Source: Prochloron sp.
Lineage (GTDB): Bacteria; Cyanobacteriota; Cyanobacteriia; Cyanobacteriales; Prochloraceae
Direction of reading: 5' to 3'
DNA length: 64,000 bases
Assembly (NCBI GenBank): GCA_965198675.1
Contig: OZ240666.1
Location: 146,806 to 210,805 of the forward strand
Positions 1 to 11,629 of the stretch are shown piece by piece. Made by a program: the position numbers and the translations under genes. Each line of letters opens with the position of its first letter. Positions within the stretch are counted from its first letter, which is position 1. The notes under the pieces were generated by a model that saw only the letters and a list, made by a program, of their open reading frames with translations, did not search any database and had not been told where the DNA came from.

Positions 1-993
1 TTAGCCTGTATTCTTATTAATCACACCACGAACCATTACTCTTGTTTGCAGTAAGGGCAAAAAGTTATCCTTGTTCAATCCTGATCTACCCTCAGTGCTG
101 CCGCGCAAGTAAAGCACTACATCTTGATTGTTTGAGTTATATTGATTATCTACTGCTGAGAGAACACAGGCATAAAAGCCGGCATTACCACCACCACCAT
201 AACTCCTGGTGTATGATAGGTTTCGATCTCGTTCTTCTTGAGTGAGTTGTGCAGTGAAATCTCCGCAATTATCTGGAACGCCATTATCAGGAGAAGCTAC
301 ATAATCAACTAAAACTGGTATGCCATTTCCAGGATTTTGAGGACGCCTATAACCTGTCGGAGTATTACCATCTTCATCATTTGGCCAATTGGCAAAGGTA
401 GTATTATCTTTTTCCGGATCTACATATCCAAGATTATTACGTAATTTATTAGAGTTAGCTGTTAAGTCTCTGTCCCGGAATTTCCGTAACTGATAGCGGT
501 GAATGCGCGATTCTCCTTCCCAAATATTATCGGTATTTGCCGTAGATTGGGCGTAGACAACTAATGTATAAGAACGACGTTCTATTTGCAAATCTTCACA
601 ATTCTTGTTCAAGCAATTTGGAATCGCCTGAGTATTGGTATAAGGAACTGATTCTCCTTTCCAGAAAGCTAGAATCGGGGTACTTCCGTTTGTGGACAAA
701 TTTTCTGGCAAATTGTCTGTTATAGCGGTCAACTCTGCACCATTATAGACGTAAACAGCTTTCCGCAACTCCTGAGCCATGTAGTTTAGAGCACGTTTCA
801 TTTCCTCCTGAGTTGAGGTGCGGGCTATTTCCCGTCGGTTAGCTTGAGTCAACTGGTTTGTCAGGGCTAGGAGGCTGGAAATGACAATAGTGCTCATTAC
901 CATGACAACTAAAAGCTCTACTAAGGTGAACCCAGCTTGAGGTTTTTCCTGTCGAAGCTTGGCGATTATTGTTTTTAGGAGTGCTAGAGTCAC
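1..993 (-). CDS. hpsC: Prepilin-type N-terminal methylation-domain pseudopilin, HpsC-like (hormogonium polysaccharide secretion)
   Basis: 330-aa ORF with stop at 1-3. The N-terminus QAGFTLVELLVVMVMSTIVISSLLAL is a type IV prepilin cleavage/methylation motif plus hydrophobic helix. It is the third gene in a minus-strand run behind an HpsA-like giant protein and another pseudopilin. Confidence 0.5.
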   Translation of the reverse strand: MTLALLKTIIAKLRQEKPQAGFTLVELLVVMVMSTIVISSLLALTNQLTQANRREIARTSTQEEMKRALNYMAQELRKAVYVYNGAELTAITDNLPENLSTNGSTPILAFWKGESVPYTNTQAIPNCLNKNCEDLQIERRSYTLVVYAQSTANTDNIWEGESRIHRYQLRKFRDRDLTANSNKLRNNLGYVDPEKDNTTFANWPNDEDGNTPTGYRRPQNPGNGIPVLVDYVASPDNGVPDNCGDFTAQLTQEERDRNLSYTRSYGGGGNAGFYACVLSAVDNQYNSNNQDVVLYLRGSTEGRSGLNKDNFLPLLQTRVMVRGVINKNTG

Positions 994-1034
994 AATTTTC
1001 CCTCTACTACTAATCTAATCTGGGTTATACTTCG

Positions 1035-1760
1035 TCATGAAGTAGGGCTAGAGCAACCTGTCCTGGTGGAACTCTCCAAATAATTTTCATAGCTCTTCAG
1101 GGAAACTGGCAAATCACTCCGACTTATTTCAGTATAAAGAACTGCTAGGGGGCGTGTTGTTCGGTCTTGGAATCCTCCGAGAAATAATGAAGCAGGCTCC
1201 GTTTCTCCTTTACTGTCTGCCAAGTTGCCTTCAGCTGCAATGGAATATACCCGCACCCCCATGCGGAAGATAGCTATTTCCTCCCCACTTAAACCTAAGC
1301 CAAAACACGCCCCTGCATCTCGGAAGGTTTGCACAATAAAGTCATCATCGTTCCCATCTCTATCTACATCTACTGTGAAAGCATCAGCAGTTGTGGTAGC
1401 CGAGGCTCTATCGGTTACCACACTTGTGGGCGCTGATGCATCTTGGACTTCCCCTGAGGTTAATTTTGGTGGTAATCGGGTGTCTTTATCTGCTACAGGC
1501 ACTCCCCGAATCATTCTAGCCTGAATCCGCTCTATTTCACTCTGTGCTAAATCCATGGCTTGTTCCACCTCCCTGGTATGGACGCGGCTGGCAGCAACCA
1601 GGAACAACATGGGGCTGACAATAGCAAGAACCGTGGTAATGATGACCATCGCTGCCAGTACTTCTAGGAGGCTGCCGCCCCGATTTTTTTGGGAGTCCAG
1701 CAGCTCAAGGAGCAGTCTTAAATTTTGACCTAGTCCTGTTTTAGTTGCCATTTTCATCAT
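1035..1760 (-). CDS. hpsB: Pseudopilin, HpsB-like
   Basis: The N-terminal RGGSLLEVLAAMVIITTVLAIVSPML resembles a prepilin leader plus hydrophobic helix. I place the start at MMKMATK (1760) because the 5' extension of the ORF track (to 1856) is translated from a dispersed repeat. Confidence 0.45.
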   Translation of the reverse strand: MMKMATKTGLGQNLRLLLELLDSQKNRGGSLLEVLAAMVIITTVLAIVSPMLFLVAASRVHTREVEQAMDLAQSEIERIQARMIRGVPVADKDTRLPPKLTSGEVQDASAPTSVVTDRASATTTADAFTVDVDRDGNDDDFIVQTFRDAGACFGLGLSGEEIAIFRMGVRVYSIAAEGNLADSKGETEPASLFLGGFQDRTTRPLAVLYTEISRSDLPVSLKSYENYLESSTRTGCSSPTS

Positions 1761-1877
1761 CGATAGATTTTTGTTAACAAATGCATTAATCAGTGAGCTT
1801 GTACCATGACAGTTGACCAAGCGTATGATGGGGGGGGGTGGGTGCAAATCTGCCACTGTGTGACAGCCTCCATTTCA

Positions 1878-4800
1878 TTACTTGCATAAATTCTTGTAGA
1901 TTGGAGCGTTATTTGGATCAGCAGCATTAGAATCCGCCGGTGGGACTCTGGCACAGAATAGGAGTTGATTGTAGGGATCGTTGGAGGGCATTTCGTGGTA
2001 GAACTCATTCCGAGGAGCACCATAGGAGATAAAACGGTCAGAAATTGGTGCTGGTGGTCGGTACTTGAGTGCTACATCGTAGCCCCATTTTCGGATGGGA
2101 GGGCCATAATACGCCCACTCCGTATGCGCATGAGGCTTCTGAATATTTGCTCTGGAAACATTCCAAGCATCACGATCATGAGGACCTGTAGCATAAATGC
2201 TGAATTTTATCTGCAAGAAAGATCCTTGAATATTTAAATCGATATTCCCCCAAGATTCAAGTACCCGAGTATGAATGACTAATCCTCCCATGGGTTGGTC
2301 AGGACGTTCAGGTGGGACACCGGTAATTAGAACTGCATTTACTTGAGTTTCGTTCTTTGGCCTATTTCTTATTTTTGTTCCCTTTAGGTTTCTATATGTA
2401 CTAAAAGGCTCAAATTGTGAAGAATAATATATATTCCCGTTGCGATCTAGCCGGATAGGGCTATGCCTGTTTAAATTCTCTTCTCTCATCAAATTAGAGA
2501 GCATATCAGCATAAGTAAATTTTTGTGTTAGTTCTGTTAGGACACTGTTCAAATAAGAAGGCTTTGAATTATTAACACCGGGACAATCACGATTATTATC
2601 GGCCAGACCATCTTCTATATAGCCGTCGCAGAAGTTCTGACTAAGAATTGTTATTGCGTCCCCTAAAATTTCTGTTGGTCGCCAAGTATCTTGATCATTC
2701 CTGGCAAAGTTAATGTTCAAATCATCATCATCACGGTCATAAAAATTGCTATAATCATTTCTTAGCTGAGTATTGAACTCCTCAATGAGAGTATTTATAG
2801 TTCCATCGGTACTATGTAAGTTAAAAGTTCCCTGAATGTAAACCGGGTTGTCGCTAATAAAGGACATTCCAGCAGTAACGTCTTGAGCCGTATTTAGGCT
2901 TTCGCCACGATATAGCACCCTCCCATTCTTGAGCCGGAAACCATAGGGACGGCGATCGGGGTCAGGATGAAAATCTACGGGCTTGGGGCTGAGGCCAGTA
3001 GTGAAATTTTGGGGTGGATCCTGAGGCTCAGTGCTTCTGGCATTCATTCTGCAATCCACATGGGTGGCAATTTGATTGGTAAATGTGCTGCAACCGTTAT
3101 TCTTTGGTCGGGCAATGCCATCTTCTCTCACTGCGTCTTCCCGGAAACCATAGACAATACCGCTGGAGGGAAGCAACCAGTCTTTGCCCGATGCTACTTG
3201 ATTTTGGCGCAGTAAATCTAAATTAATCTCCAGAGCGCGCACTAGCATTAATTCCCGCCCGTCGTAAAATGCTTTATCTTGGATAGCCAGGTACAGATCA
3301 TTCGCCACTGCACTCACTGCACTACCTTGGATTTTGCTTTTATTATTGGTTACCGCACTGTCATCCTGGCTGTCACTAGTGCTTATAGGCAGTTTCCAGT
3401 TATCTATGGGTCTGGGGGTGAGCGCAATATTAGCAAGGGTTACTGGTTGGTAGGTAATAGTCCCAGAGGGATTGACACTATTTATATAAGCATCCTTCAA
3501 ATATTCTTCCGCATTAGGATCAGCGACGAAGCCCTGGTTGTGCCCTGCTGTGGGAAATAGGTAGTAAAGAGCCGGATAATGTGGTTGGTTTAGATTGGAT
3601 GCCTCAGAGCAGAATGCTAAAGCTAGACCAATCTTACCCTCGCTTCTACTATAACTATTCTCATCCTCTAAGGGTAATGAAGCGAATAAATCTTTAAACT
3701 CTTCGGGATGACATGCTGTGCTGAATTTTCTCCCACTCATGGTTACGTTGCCATTATCATCATCCCAGTTTAAATCATCATCAGCTGCGTCGACGCGGTC
3801 CAAACGACCTTCAGCAAAACCTTGGGCGCGATCGCGAGCTATCAGGATTGCTTCCCTAATCTGCAGTGCTCTTTTTTCGCCATATTCTTTCCATGCAGTT
3901 TTCAAAGTTTCTGGTAACAACTTTTCTACCGCTTCTAGATACTGTTTTGTAGTGAATTGGCCGTAGTATTTTGCATCGCTCATGGATTTCTTAGCATTAT
4001 CTAAATCCGCAGCACGATTTACCAGCTTTATCGTCCCATCACTTGACAGCGCAATTTCTGGATTATCCGCTTCTGCCGTACCATCTACTAGTTGCCACAA
4101 ATGAGCACCCAGCTGCTGCATATTCGGTTCTGTTGTCCTGTCGGCGATACCACTTTCAAGGGTCGCAACCCTGCCAATTATCCCCTCCCTGTTTTCAATG
4201 TTATAAGCCAACATTCCCAGAGCAGCAGCTGCGGTATGAAGAGTACTCTTATCCGCAATACTCAGATCGCTATAGTTAGTGGAATTATCGTCCACTATCC
4301 GGCGCAGGTTGGAGAAGTCTCCCCACATGGTTAAGTAGGGGTAGGGATGAACCTTTGCCGCAGCACCAAAAGTTTCTTGGGTTGGGGGGAAAGCCCCGTT
4401 TGGATCCCCGGCGAAGTGAGCCAAGTTATTCAGTGCCTTACGCAAATCCATGCTGGTATAATCGTACCTGCGGGCAAAGGTAGTTTCATTTCCAGCAGGA
4501 GGCTCAAATTCCCAACCATTGGTTCCTTTACCAGTTAAAAAGTCCGTATCCACATTATCCCCTGGGGGAATATAGTCAATCTTATCAAAGGTGGTGCTGT
4601 TTCTCCAAGTTGAAAAAGTTCCCGGATGAGAAGTGGATGCTAGCACAGTTACAGGAAAATAACCATCGTTTCCCTCCTGATAGTGATACACTGCTGTAGC
4701 TTGCACTGCTGCCAAGTTATCCCTCAGGGTGCGCCGCTGGAGGTCTAAATTCTCCCCTGATTCATCTTTGTAGGGATAGAGAGGATCGTCATCTTTTATA

Positions 4801-6467
4801 TTAGCATTACCACTGCCACCCCAACCATTGGCGTTACCCAGCTCCAACCGTTGTCCAACGATTAATCGCAGTCCTTCAGCCCTGGCTCGCCGTTCCCAAT
4901 AACCATCTAAACCCACATTCACAAATCTCTCTCCAGGGGGATCGTCTGTGGTGAGAGTCTGTTTTAAGGTGTTGGAAATAAGATTGCCGTAGTTACTTCC
5001 GGATACGGCTATCTCGGAATTGTAATTTGCTTTGGGTCCCCAACGATTATCAGCCCTGTAAGTATCATCTACAAAACACGGGGGCCCTTGCTGAGTTCTA
5101 ACCCGCCCATTAAGACCATTCCAATCATCGTCTCGGACCTGGTTGGTACCACCATCTCCGTTGGAACCTAAGACTTGAAATTTATTGTTCGTTAAGAGCG
5201 CAACTGGGTCGAGAAGCAAATCATTGTAATTCTGATTACCATCGGCCACAGAATCTGTTTCTTGGTTCAGCACTATAATGTTTTCATTGGCATCATCGCT
5301 GGTCTTCTGGAGCGTATGGAATTTTGCTCCCAGTCTATTTTTTGTTAGTGCAATAATTTGACCTTGGTAGGAGATATACTCATTTCCCTGATCGTCTTTC
5401 TCCATCTTTTCTGTGATTGTAATTTGGGAAGCATCATCACTGAAAATGCAAGAACTAGGGGAACTGACTAGAAAAGATTGAAAGGAGGAGTCGCGTTCTT
5501 CTGGTCCTACCAGGATACTGCCTTCACTATGCAGAGAACCGTTAAATCTAAATACTGGAGCGGGTTCTATAAACATGTCATAGAAGGACCATGCTCCCCA
5601 CTTATTGCCCTTTTCTACCTGTCTGTCCTGATGGTATTCTAAAGTAGCTACAGCATTATCTTCTTTCACCACTACTGCATTTACTTGGAAGTTTTTTCTC
5701 TGTGAGCTACCGTTTATTGTATACCATCCCGTTTTAGTATTTAGCAATTCTAGGTCGCAATCTCCTGTTGGTGCCCCTTGAGCTGTATTTATACCTAGAG
5801 GACCGTTGCGATTAACCTGGGCATAGGCTTTATCCTCGTTATCGGAGTCCAATCTTATAGTACCATCTTCATTTTCAGCCCTCATCATAATGGAATAAAT
5901 GACGGTTTCGTTTTCATCATCTCCATCCCTATCCTGGTTGAAAGACCAAACGTTGTAGGTTTTGTAATTATTGCCGCTGTCATCTGTGGGTATTTCCAGG
6001 CGAGTTTCATCGGGTAATGTATAAGGATAATCTGTATTTGCCCTGATCCCTTTGGCACTATCATCTACATTCAGCATTAAGGCTTCCAACATATCTTCAG
6101 AAAACCCACCATTTGGTAATCGGCCATCTGACTCGAAGAGAAACTTAATCTTAGACTTAGCCCTTTCTATAGCTGGTGTAGCGGCGTTGTAGGTTGACTG
6201 AATTTCCCGCTCTCCAATCACCTGGCGAGTGCGCTGGGAGGTGCGAATTAGCATAGAGGAAATCACCAAACTCATCACCAACAACAACATCAAAGCTGTT
6301 GGTATGACAAAACCGGCGTTAGATGCTCTGAGTAAAGAGAAGCCATGGAAGGTACGAAGGAGCCATCGCATCAACCCGGATACTGGGGCGAGGATGTTTT
6401 TTCTACCCTTGCGAAATTTCTTGTTTCCTTTACGTCGTTCCATAGCTACTACACTCAACAAGTCCAT
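1878..6467 (-). CDS. hpsA: Very large (1529 aa) secreted/anchored protein, HpsA-like hormogonium polysaccharide protein
   Basis: Single uninterrupted 4.6-kb ORF with a basic N-terminus followed by one hydrophobic helix (GFVIPTALMLLLVMSLVISSML). It lies directly upstream of two pseudopilin genes, as in the hps locus of Nostoc. Confidence 0.55.
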   Translation of the reverse strand: MDLLSVVAMERRKGNKKFRKGRKNILAPVSGLMRWLLRTFHGFSLLRASNAGFVIPTALMLLLVMSLVISSMLIRTSQRTRQVIGEREIQSTYNAATPAIERAKSKIKFLFESDGRLPNGGFSEDMLEALMLNVDDSAKGIRANTDYPYTLPDETRLEIPTDDSGNNYKTYNVWSFNQDRDGDDENETVIYSIMMRAENEDGTIRLDSDNEDKAYAQVNRNGPLGINTAQGAPTGDCDLELLNTKTGWYTINGSSQRKNFQVNAVVVKEDNAVATLEYHQDRQVEKGNKWGAWSFYDMFIEPAPVFRFNGSLHSEGSILVGPEERDSSFQSFLVSSPSSCIFSDDASQITITEKMEKDDQGNEYISYQGQIIALTKNRLGAKFHTLQKTSDDANENIIVLNQETDSVADGNQNYNDLLLDPVALLTNNKFQVLGSNGDGGTNQVRDDDWNGLNGRVRTQQGPPCFVDDTYRADNRWGPKANYNSEIAVSGSNYGNLISNTLKQTLTTDDPPGERFVNVGLDGYWERRARAEGLRLIVGQRLELGNANGWGGSGNANIKDDDPLYPYKDESGENLDLQRRTLRDNLAAVQATAVYHYQEGNDGYFPVTVLASTSHPGTFSTWRNSTTFDKIDYIPPGDNVDTDFLTGKGTNGWEFEPPAGNETTFARRYDYTSMDLRKALNNLAHFAGDPNGAFPPTQETFGAAAKVHPYPYLTMWGDFSNLRRIVDDNSTNYSDLSIADKSTLHTAAAALGMLAYNIENREGIIGRVATLESGIADRTTEPNMQQLGAHLWQLVDGTAEADNPEIALSSDGTIKLVNRAADLDNAKKSMSDAKYYGQFTTKQYLEAVEKLLPETLKTAWKEYGEKRALQIREAILIARDRAQGFAEGRLDRVDAADDDLNWDDDNGNVTMSGRKFSTACHPEEFKDLFASLPLEDENSYSRSEGKIGLALAFCSEASNLNQPHYPALYYLFPTAGHNQGFVADPNAEEYLKDAYINSVNPSGTITYQPVTLANIALTPRPIDNWKLPISTSDSQDDSAVTNNKSKIQGSAVSAVANDLYLAIQDKAFYDGRELMLVRALEINLDLLRQNQVASGKDWLLPSSGIVYGFREDAVREDGIARPKNNGCSTFTNQIATHVDCRMNARSTEPQDPPQNFTTGLSPKPVDFHPDPDRRPYGFRLKNGRVLYRGESLNTAQDVTAGMSFISDNPVYIQGTFNLHSTDGTINTLIEEFNTQLRNDYSNFYDRDDDDLNINFARNDQDTWRPTEILGDAITILSQNFCDGYIEDGLADNNRDCPGVNNSKPSYLNSVLTELTQKFTYADMLSNLMREENLNRHSPIRLDRNGNIYYSSQFEPFSTYRNLKGTKIRNRPKNETQVNAVLITGVPPERPDQPMGGLVIHTRVLESWGNIDLNIQGSFLQIKFSIYATGPHDRDAWNVSRANIQKPHAHTEWAYYGPPIRKWGYDVALKYRPPAPISDRFISYGAPRNEFYHEMPSNDPYNQLLFCARVPPADSNAADPNNAPIYKNLCK

Positions 6468-6536
6468 TTCACCTATTCTACTAGGATAGCTCTTTTCCTA
6501 GTAAACTGCCATCTGTATTAATACCTATTTTTTAGC

Positions 6537-6773
6537 TTAATATTGATTCAAGTTGATACCAGCTGCTGCTGCCATAGCTTGTAAACCTTTTTTCTGACAG
6601 GTTTTAATCGCTTTAGTAGAAAGACGCAGTTTCACCCAGCGGTTGCCCTCTGCCCACCAAACTCGCTTCCACTGCAAATTCACCTGTTGCAATTTTTTCG
6701 TCCGGCGGTGAGAATGAGATATAGCATAGGCATTATTGGCCTTTTTCCCAGTGAGCTGACACTTACGAGACAT
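6537..6773 (-). CDS. rpmB: 50S ribosomal protein L28
   Basis: [34 protein letters not shown] is the canonical L28 N-terminus. 78 aa counted from the internal Met of ORF 6537..6833. Confidence 0.85.
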   Translation of the reverse strand: MSRKCQLTGKKANNAYAISHSHRRTKKLQQVNLQWKRVWWAEGNRWVKLRLSTKAIKTCQKKGLQAMAAAAGINLNQY

Positions 6774-6929
6774 AGTTACTTCCTTATCTTTTAACGAGTA
6801 AATATTATAGCCTACAGAGTTACCCTCTCTCATCTTCCTCTGCGCCCTCTGCGCCTCTGTGGTTCATCTTGTACAAATGATTTAGACCCACTATAATAAG
6901 GAGAACCGTCATGAAACAATCACAAATAT

Positions 6930-9900
6930 ATGCCTCGCCGCCACGATCTACAGAAAATATTACTTCTCGGTTCCGGTCCCATTGTAATTGGCCAGGCCTG
7001 CGAATTTGACTACTCAGGAACCCAAGCCTGTAAAGCACTGCGCTCTGAAGGATACACTGTTGTCTTGGTCAACTCCAATCCTGCCTCCATTATGACGGAT
7101 CCCCAAATGGCAGATCGCACTTATATCGAACCCCTGACGGAGTCCATGGTAACCAAGGTAATTGCCAAGGAGCGTCCCCATGCTATTCTACCCACCATGG
7201 GGGGACAAACAGCCCTAAACTTAGCTGTAGCCCTCAGTAAAAATGGCGTCCTGGCTAAATATGAGGTAGAACTGATTGGCGCTCAACTGCCCGCTATTGA
7301 AAAGGCAGAAGATCGCCAATTATTCAAGGCAGCAATGGAACGCATTGGTGTGCCTGTCTGCCCTTCAGGTATTGCCAATAATTGGTCAGAAGCCCAAGCT
7401 ATCGCCGCAGAAATCGGTTCTTACCCCCTGATTATTCGCCCTGCTTTTACCCTGGGAGGTACTGGAGGAGGTATCGCCTATAATGAAGAAGAATATGAGA
7501 AATTGGTAGGCTTTGGTTTAGAAGCTAGCCCTGTAAACCAAATATTGGTGGAAAAATCTCTCCTGGGTTGGAAAGAATACGAATTAGAAGTAATGCGAGA
7601 CTTAGCAGATAATGTGGTGATTATTTGCTCCATCGAAAACATCGACCCGATGGGAGTCCATACAGGAGACTCCATGGTGGTTGCCCCTGCTCAAACCCTC
7701 ACAGATAAGGAATACCAGCGGTTGCGGGATTATTCCCAAAAAATTATCCGGGAAATTGGGGTGGAAACCGGGGGTTCTAATATCCAATTTGCCGTGAACC
7801 CGGTAAATGGGGAGGTGATCGTCATCGAAATGAACCCCCGAGTCTCCCGCTCTTCAGCCCTTGCTTCCAAAGCAACGGGTTTTCCCATCGCTAAATTTGC
7901 CTCCCTATTAGCAGTAGGATACACCCTGGATGAAATTACCAACGATATTACCCAGAAAACCCCTGCTTCCTTTGAACCCACCATTGACTATGTAGTCACC
8001 AAAATACCCCGGTTTGCTTTTGAGAAATTCCCCGGTGCCCAACCCCTCCTCACCACCCAAATGAAGTCAGTAGGGGAAGCCATGGCTATTGGGCGCACCT
8101 TCTGTGAATCTTTCCAAAAAGCTCTGCGCTCTTTAGAAATCGGTCGTTACGGTTTTGGCTGCGACAAAGAGGAAACCACTCTTTCCCAAAACCAAATCCT
8201 TTCTAACTTACGCATTCCCAACCCAGAGCGAATTTTTACCTTGCATCAAGCACTCAAATTGGGTATAACAGTAGAGGAAATTAACCAAATCACTGGGATC
8301 GATATCTGGTTCCTGGATAAAATGGCGGAACTGGTAACCACGGAGCACTTCCTAGAAAAGACTCTCTTAAAGAAAATAACCCCAGAAGACATGAGGTTTG
8401 TGAAGCAACAGGGGTTTAGCGATCCCCAAATCGCCTTTGCTACCAAAACCACGGAAGACACAGTACGCACCCACCGCAAGAATTTAGGGGTGGTTCCCGT
8501 TTATAAGCTAGTAGATACCTGCGCTGCGGAGTTTGAGGCATTTACTCCCTACTACTATTCTACCTACGAAACAGCTGAATCGGAAATAAAACCAACAAAC
8601 AAGAGCAAGGTGATGATTTTGGGAGGTGGTCCCAATCGCATCGGTCAGGGGATAGAATTTGACTACTGCTGCTGTCATGCCTCTTTTACCCTAACTGAGG
8701 TGGGATATGAGACCATTATGGTAAATTCCAATCCGGAGACCGTCTCCACTGACTATGATACCAGCGATCGCCTCTATTTTGAACCCCTGACTCAAGAAGA
8801 CGTGCTCAATATCATCGAAGCGGAAAACCCCACAGGGATTATCATTCAATTTGGTGGTCAAACCCCCCTCAAACTAGCAGCAGGACTGGAAAAATACCTA
8901 GCAAGTCCTGAGAATAGGAGCGGGGCGAAAATATGGGGAACCTCCCCCAATTCTATCGATATTGCCGAAGACCGGGAAAGGTTTGGTCAAATACTAGCCA
9001 AACTGAATATTCAGCAACCCGCCAACGGTATCGCCCGCAGCTACTCAGAATCCTTAGCTATTGCCCGTTCCATCGGCTATCCTGTAGTGGTGCGTCCTTC
9101 CTACGTTTTAGGAGGCAGAGCCATGGAAATCGTCTATTCCGATTCTGAACTCCAGCAATACATAATTTATGCGTTACTAATTGAAAAAAAACATCCTATT
9201 TTAATAGATAAGTTTTTGAAAAATGCCATTGAAGTAGATGTAGATGCCATTGCAGATAGTACTGGGAAATGTGTTATGGGTGGAATTATGGAACACATTG
9301 AGCAAGCAGGGATTCATTCAGGAGACTCAGCCTGCTCCATTCCCCATACATCCCTGAGTCCCTCCGTCTTAAAAACAATTGGTCAGTGGACAGAACAATT
9401 AGCTAGAGCATTGCAAGTGGTAGGATTAATGAATATCCAGTATGCAGTGCAGGGAGAAAAGGTCTATATTTTAGAGGCTAACCCCCGTGCTTCTCGAACC
9501 ATTCCCTACGTTTCCAAAGCCATTGGAGTTCCCTTAGCTAAATTAGCCTCTCGTATTATGGCAGGAGAAACCCTCGAATCCTTGAACATAACCACAGAAT
9601 CCAGGGTACAACATATAGCAGTAAAGGAAGCAGTATTACCCTTTGATAAGTTTCCCGGAGCAGACACCCTCTTGGGACCGGAAATGCGCTCTACAGGGGA
9701 AGTAATGGGTATAGATCTGGATTTTGGCAAGGCATTTGCTAAAGCAGAATTAGCAGCAGGGGTGCAACTAGCCACGGAGGGAACCGTGTTTGTTTCCATG
9801 AGCGATGGGGATAAAGAAGCAGCGGTACCGGTGGTGAAAGATTTAATGGATTTGGGTTTTAAAGTAGTAGCAACTTCCGGAACTCGTCGTCTCTTACAGT

Positions 9901-10190
9901 TTCATGGGATTAAAGATGTAGATTTGGTCTTAAAACTCCATGAAGGACGTCCCCACGTCATAGACTGGATTAAGAACAAGCAGATTCAATTTATTATCAA
10001 TACCCCCAGTGGGAAAGAATCTCAAGCAGACGGAAGGGCGATCCGTCGCACTGCTGTAGATTATAAGTTGCCTATTATCACCACCATCGCCGGAGCCAAA
10101 GCTACAGTAGCAGCCATTCGTTCTTTACAGTCTGGACCCTTAGAAGTAAGAGCACTACAAGACTATATAGCAGTGATCAGTAACCAGTGA
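6930..10190 (+). CDS. carB: Carbamoyl-phosphate synthase large subunit
   Basis: 1086 aa with duplicated ATP-grasp halves ([21 protein letters not shown] and [21 protein letters not shown]) and a C-terminal MGS-like domain. Confidence 0.95.
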   Translation: MPRRHDLQKILLLGSGPIVIGQACEFDYSGTQACKALRSEGYTVVLVNSNPASIMTDPQMADRTYIEPLTESMVTKVIAKERPHAILPTMGGQTALNLAVALSKNGVLAKYEVELIGAQLPAIEKAEDRQLFKAAMERIGVPVCPSGIANNWSEAQAIAAEIGSYPLIIRPAFTLGGTGGGIAYNEEEYEKLVGFGLEASPVNQILVEKSLLGWKEYELEVMRDLADNVVIICSIENIDPMGVHTGDSMVVAPAQTLTDKEYQRLRDYSQKIIREIGVETGGSNIQFAVNPVNGEVIVIEMNPRVSRSSALASKATGFPIAKFASLLAVGYTLDEITNDITQKTPASFEPTIDYVVTKIPRFAFEKFPGAQPLLTTQMKSVGEAMAIGRTFCESFQKALRSLEIGRYGFGCDKEETTLSQNQILSNLRIPNPERIFTLHQALKLGITVEEINQITGIDIWFLDKMAELVTTEHFLEKTLLKKITPEDMRFVKQQGFSDPQIAFATKTTEDTVRTHRKNLGVVPVYKLVDTCAAEFEAFTPYYYSTYETAESEIKPTNKSKVMILGGGPNRIGQGIEFDYCCCHASFTLTEVGYETIMVNSNPETVSTDYDTSDRLYFEPLTQEDVLNIIEAENPTGIIIQFGGQTPLKLAAGLEKYLASPENRSGAKIWGTSPNSIDIAEDRERFGQILAKLNIQQPANGIARSYSESLAIARSIGYPVVVRPSYVLGGRAMEIVYSDSELQQYIIYALLIEKKHPILIDKFLKNAIEVDVDAIADSTGKCVMGGIMEHIEQAGIHSGDSACSIPHTSLSPSVLKTIGQWTEQLARALQVVGLMNIQYAVQGEKVYILEANPRASRTIPYVSKAIGVPLAKLASRIMAGETLESLNITTESRVQHIAVKEAVLPFDKFPGADTLLGPEMRSTGEVMGIDLDFGKAFAKAELAAGVQLATEGTVFVSMSDGDKEAAVPVVKDLMDLGFKVVATSGTRRLLQFHGIKDVDLVLKLHEGRPHVIDWIKNKQIQFIINTPSGKESQADGRAIRRTAVDYKLPIITTIAGAKATVAAIRSLQSGPLEVRALQDYIAVISNQ

Positions 10191-10361
10191 CCAGTTACCA
10201 GTGTAGGGGTGAAAGGGGTTAAAAACTAACAATAGGTCGTGTTATAACATGAACAGGTTTTCAGATGACGTTACAATTGTGGCTGCTGTTTTGGGAGCAG
10301 TGATTATGCTTGTCAGTCTTGTCAGTTTAGTTACTTCTTTACTGTCATTGGTGAGCTAGAT

Positions 10362-10715
10362 ATGGATTGGTCCTTCCAGAATTTGTTTAACGCCGTCTCT
10401 GTTGGAGCAGGAGTAGTAGTGTTCGTTGTTTTAGTGGCTCGGAATGCTATTCAGAAACGTGACGCCAGACTTGAGAATATCCTCGCCAAAGTACTGGTTG
10501 CTAGTTCTTTTCCCACAGGAGTTGCTCTATTTCTTTGTGCGTTTAATCCAAGTCTGATTGCCCAGTTAATAGGACTCAACATCCACATTGCTTTGGCTGG
10601 GATGGCACTCCTCTATATTTCTGGAAGAACTCTCTTCAGGAGTGAAAGCTTCGAGGAGGACAAGGAGAAAGGAAAAGACAACTCCCATAACGATGCACCA
10701 CCAGATAAACGATAG
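10362..10715 (+). CDS. Small membrane protein, unknown function
   Basis: 117 aa with three hydrophobic segments and a charged tail. No recognisable family. Confidence 0.35.
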   Translation: MDWSFQNLFNAVSVGAGVVVFVVLVARNAIQKRDARLENILAKVLVASSFPTGVALFLCAFNPSLIAQLIGLNIHIALAGMALLYISGRTLFRSESFEEDKEKGKDNSHNDAPPDKR

Positions 10716-10900
10716 CTAACCTAAATGATTTGTGTAAATATACCGGGTTGGGAGAAGACAAAAGCAGAGGTTGTACGATGTCAGGGTCCGGCGCACACAA
10801 TGCGCCCCCACACCCCACACCCCCGCCAAGCAATTGCACATCGGTGCAACCCTAGGGAAGCCCCCGTGAAACTTACCGTTCTGCGAAGGAAAAAACAGCA

Positions 10901-11612
10901 ATGAATACGGACTACCTAAATTTCTGCCCTCGACTAAAAAAGATGATAGATACGGGAACCTCAGTTAACTCAAAGGGAGAAAAAATACAAATTGCGGGAA
11001 CCTCGATTTTAAACAACATTAGGATTATCCGAGAAATATTAAGAGAGTTTAAGCCAATCAGAACCCTTGAGATTGGATTGGCTCATGGCGCTTCTGCTTT
11101 AACTATACTTTCCACTCTTAGAGAAATATCGCCAAATGGGTTTCTTCACACTACCATTGATCCATGTCAGACAACAGTATGGGGTGGCAGCTCAATTCGA
11201 GTTATTAATGATGAAGGATATGTCGAAAATTTCCGCTTTTACGAGGATTATTCGGCTATTGTCTTAGCAAACCTAGTAAAAGAAAAGGAGAAATTTGATT
11301 TGGCCTATGTAGACGGTTCCCATCTTTATTGAAGATGTTTTTCTAGATTTCTACTACACATCCATTCTTCTAAATAAGGATGGCATTGTTTTATTTGATG
11401 ATTGCACGGATAGACATGTGGCAAAGGTAATTAAATTCAGCAACAAAAATTATTCTGATATTTGGGAACCTTTAAATATAAAACCCTTTGAAGCTCCGCA
11501 AAAATATTTTAAGAAAAAACTAGGTAATTTGTTAGGAATAAGACAATTGATTGGCTTTAAAAAAATTAGCGAACCACCAAGAGTATGGAATGTAAAATTT
11601 AGCAATTTTTGA
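10901..11612 (+). pseudogene. Class I SAM-dependent methyltransferase, frameshifted
   Basis: ORF 10901..11332 ends at ...AYVDGSHLY*. The protein continues in another frame (IFIEDVFLDFYYTSILLNKDGIVLFDDC...) into ORF 11418..11612. The start frames differ (mod 3 = 2 versus 0). Confidence 0.6.
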
Positions 11613-11629
11613 CCAGAACAAAACAGTTC

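Noticed and set aside
1965-6489. Nine short + strand ORFs inside the hpsA coding region (for example 1965..2237, 2967..3215, 3718..3966, 4043..4334).
   Set aside because: All are antisense to a single uninterrupted 1529-codon ORF and have no supporting signals. Such shadow ORFs are expected opposite a long gene.
6820-7038. Minus-strand ORF 6820..7038 overlapping the carB start and the rpmB upstream region.
   Set aside because: It overlaps the well-supported carB N-terminus on the opposite strand and a CTCTGCG repeat, and has no independent support.
10249-10359. 36-codon ORF MNRFSDDVTIVAAVLGAVIMLVSLVSLVTSLLSLVS immediately upstream of 10362..10715.
   Set aside because: It is a plausible small membrane peptide, but it is too short and unsupported (no clear ribosome-binding site, no recognised family) to report as a feature.
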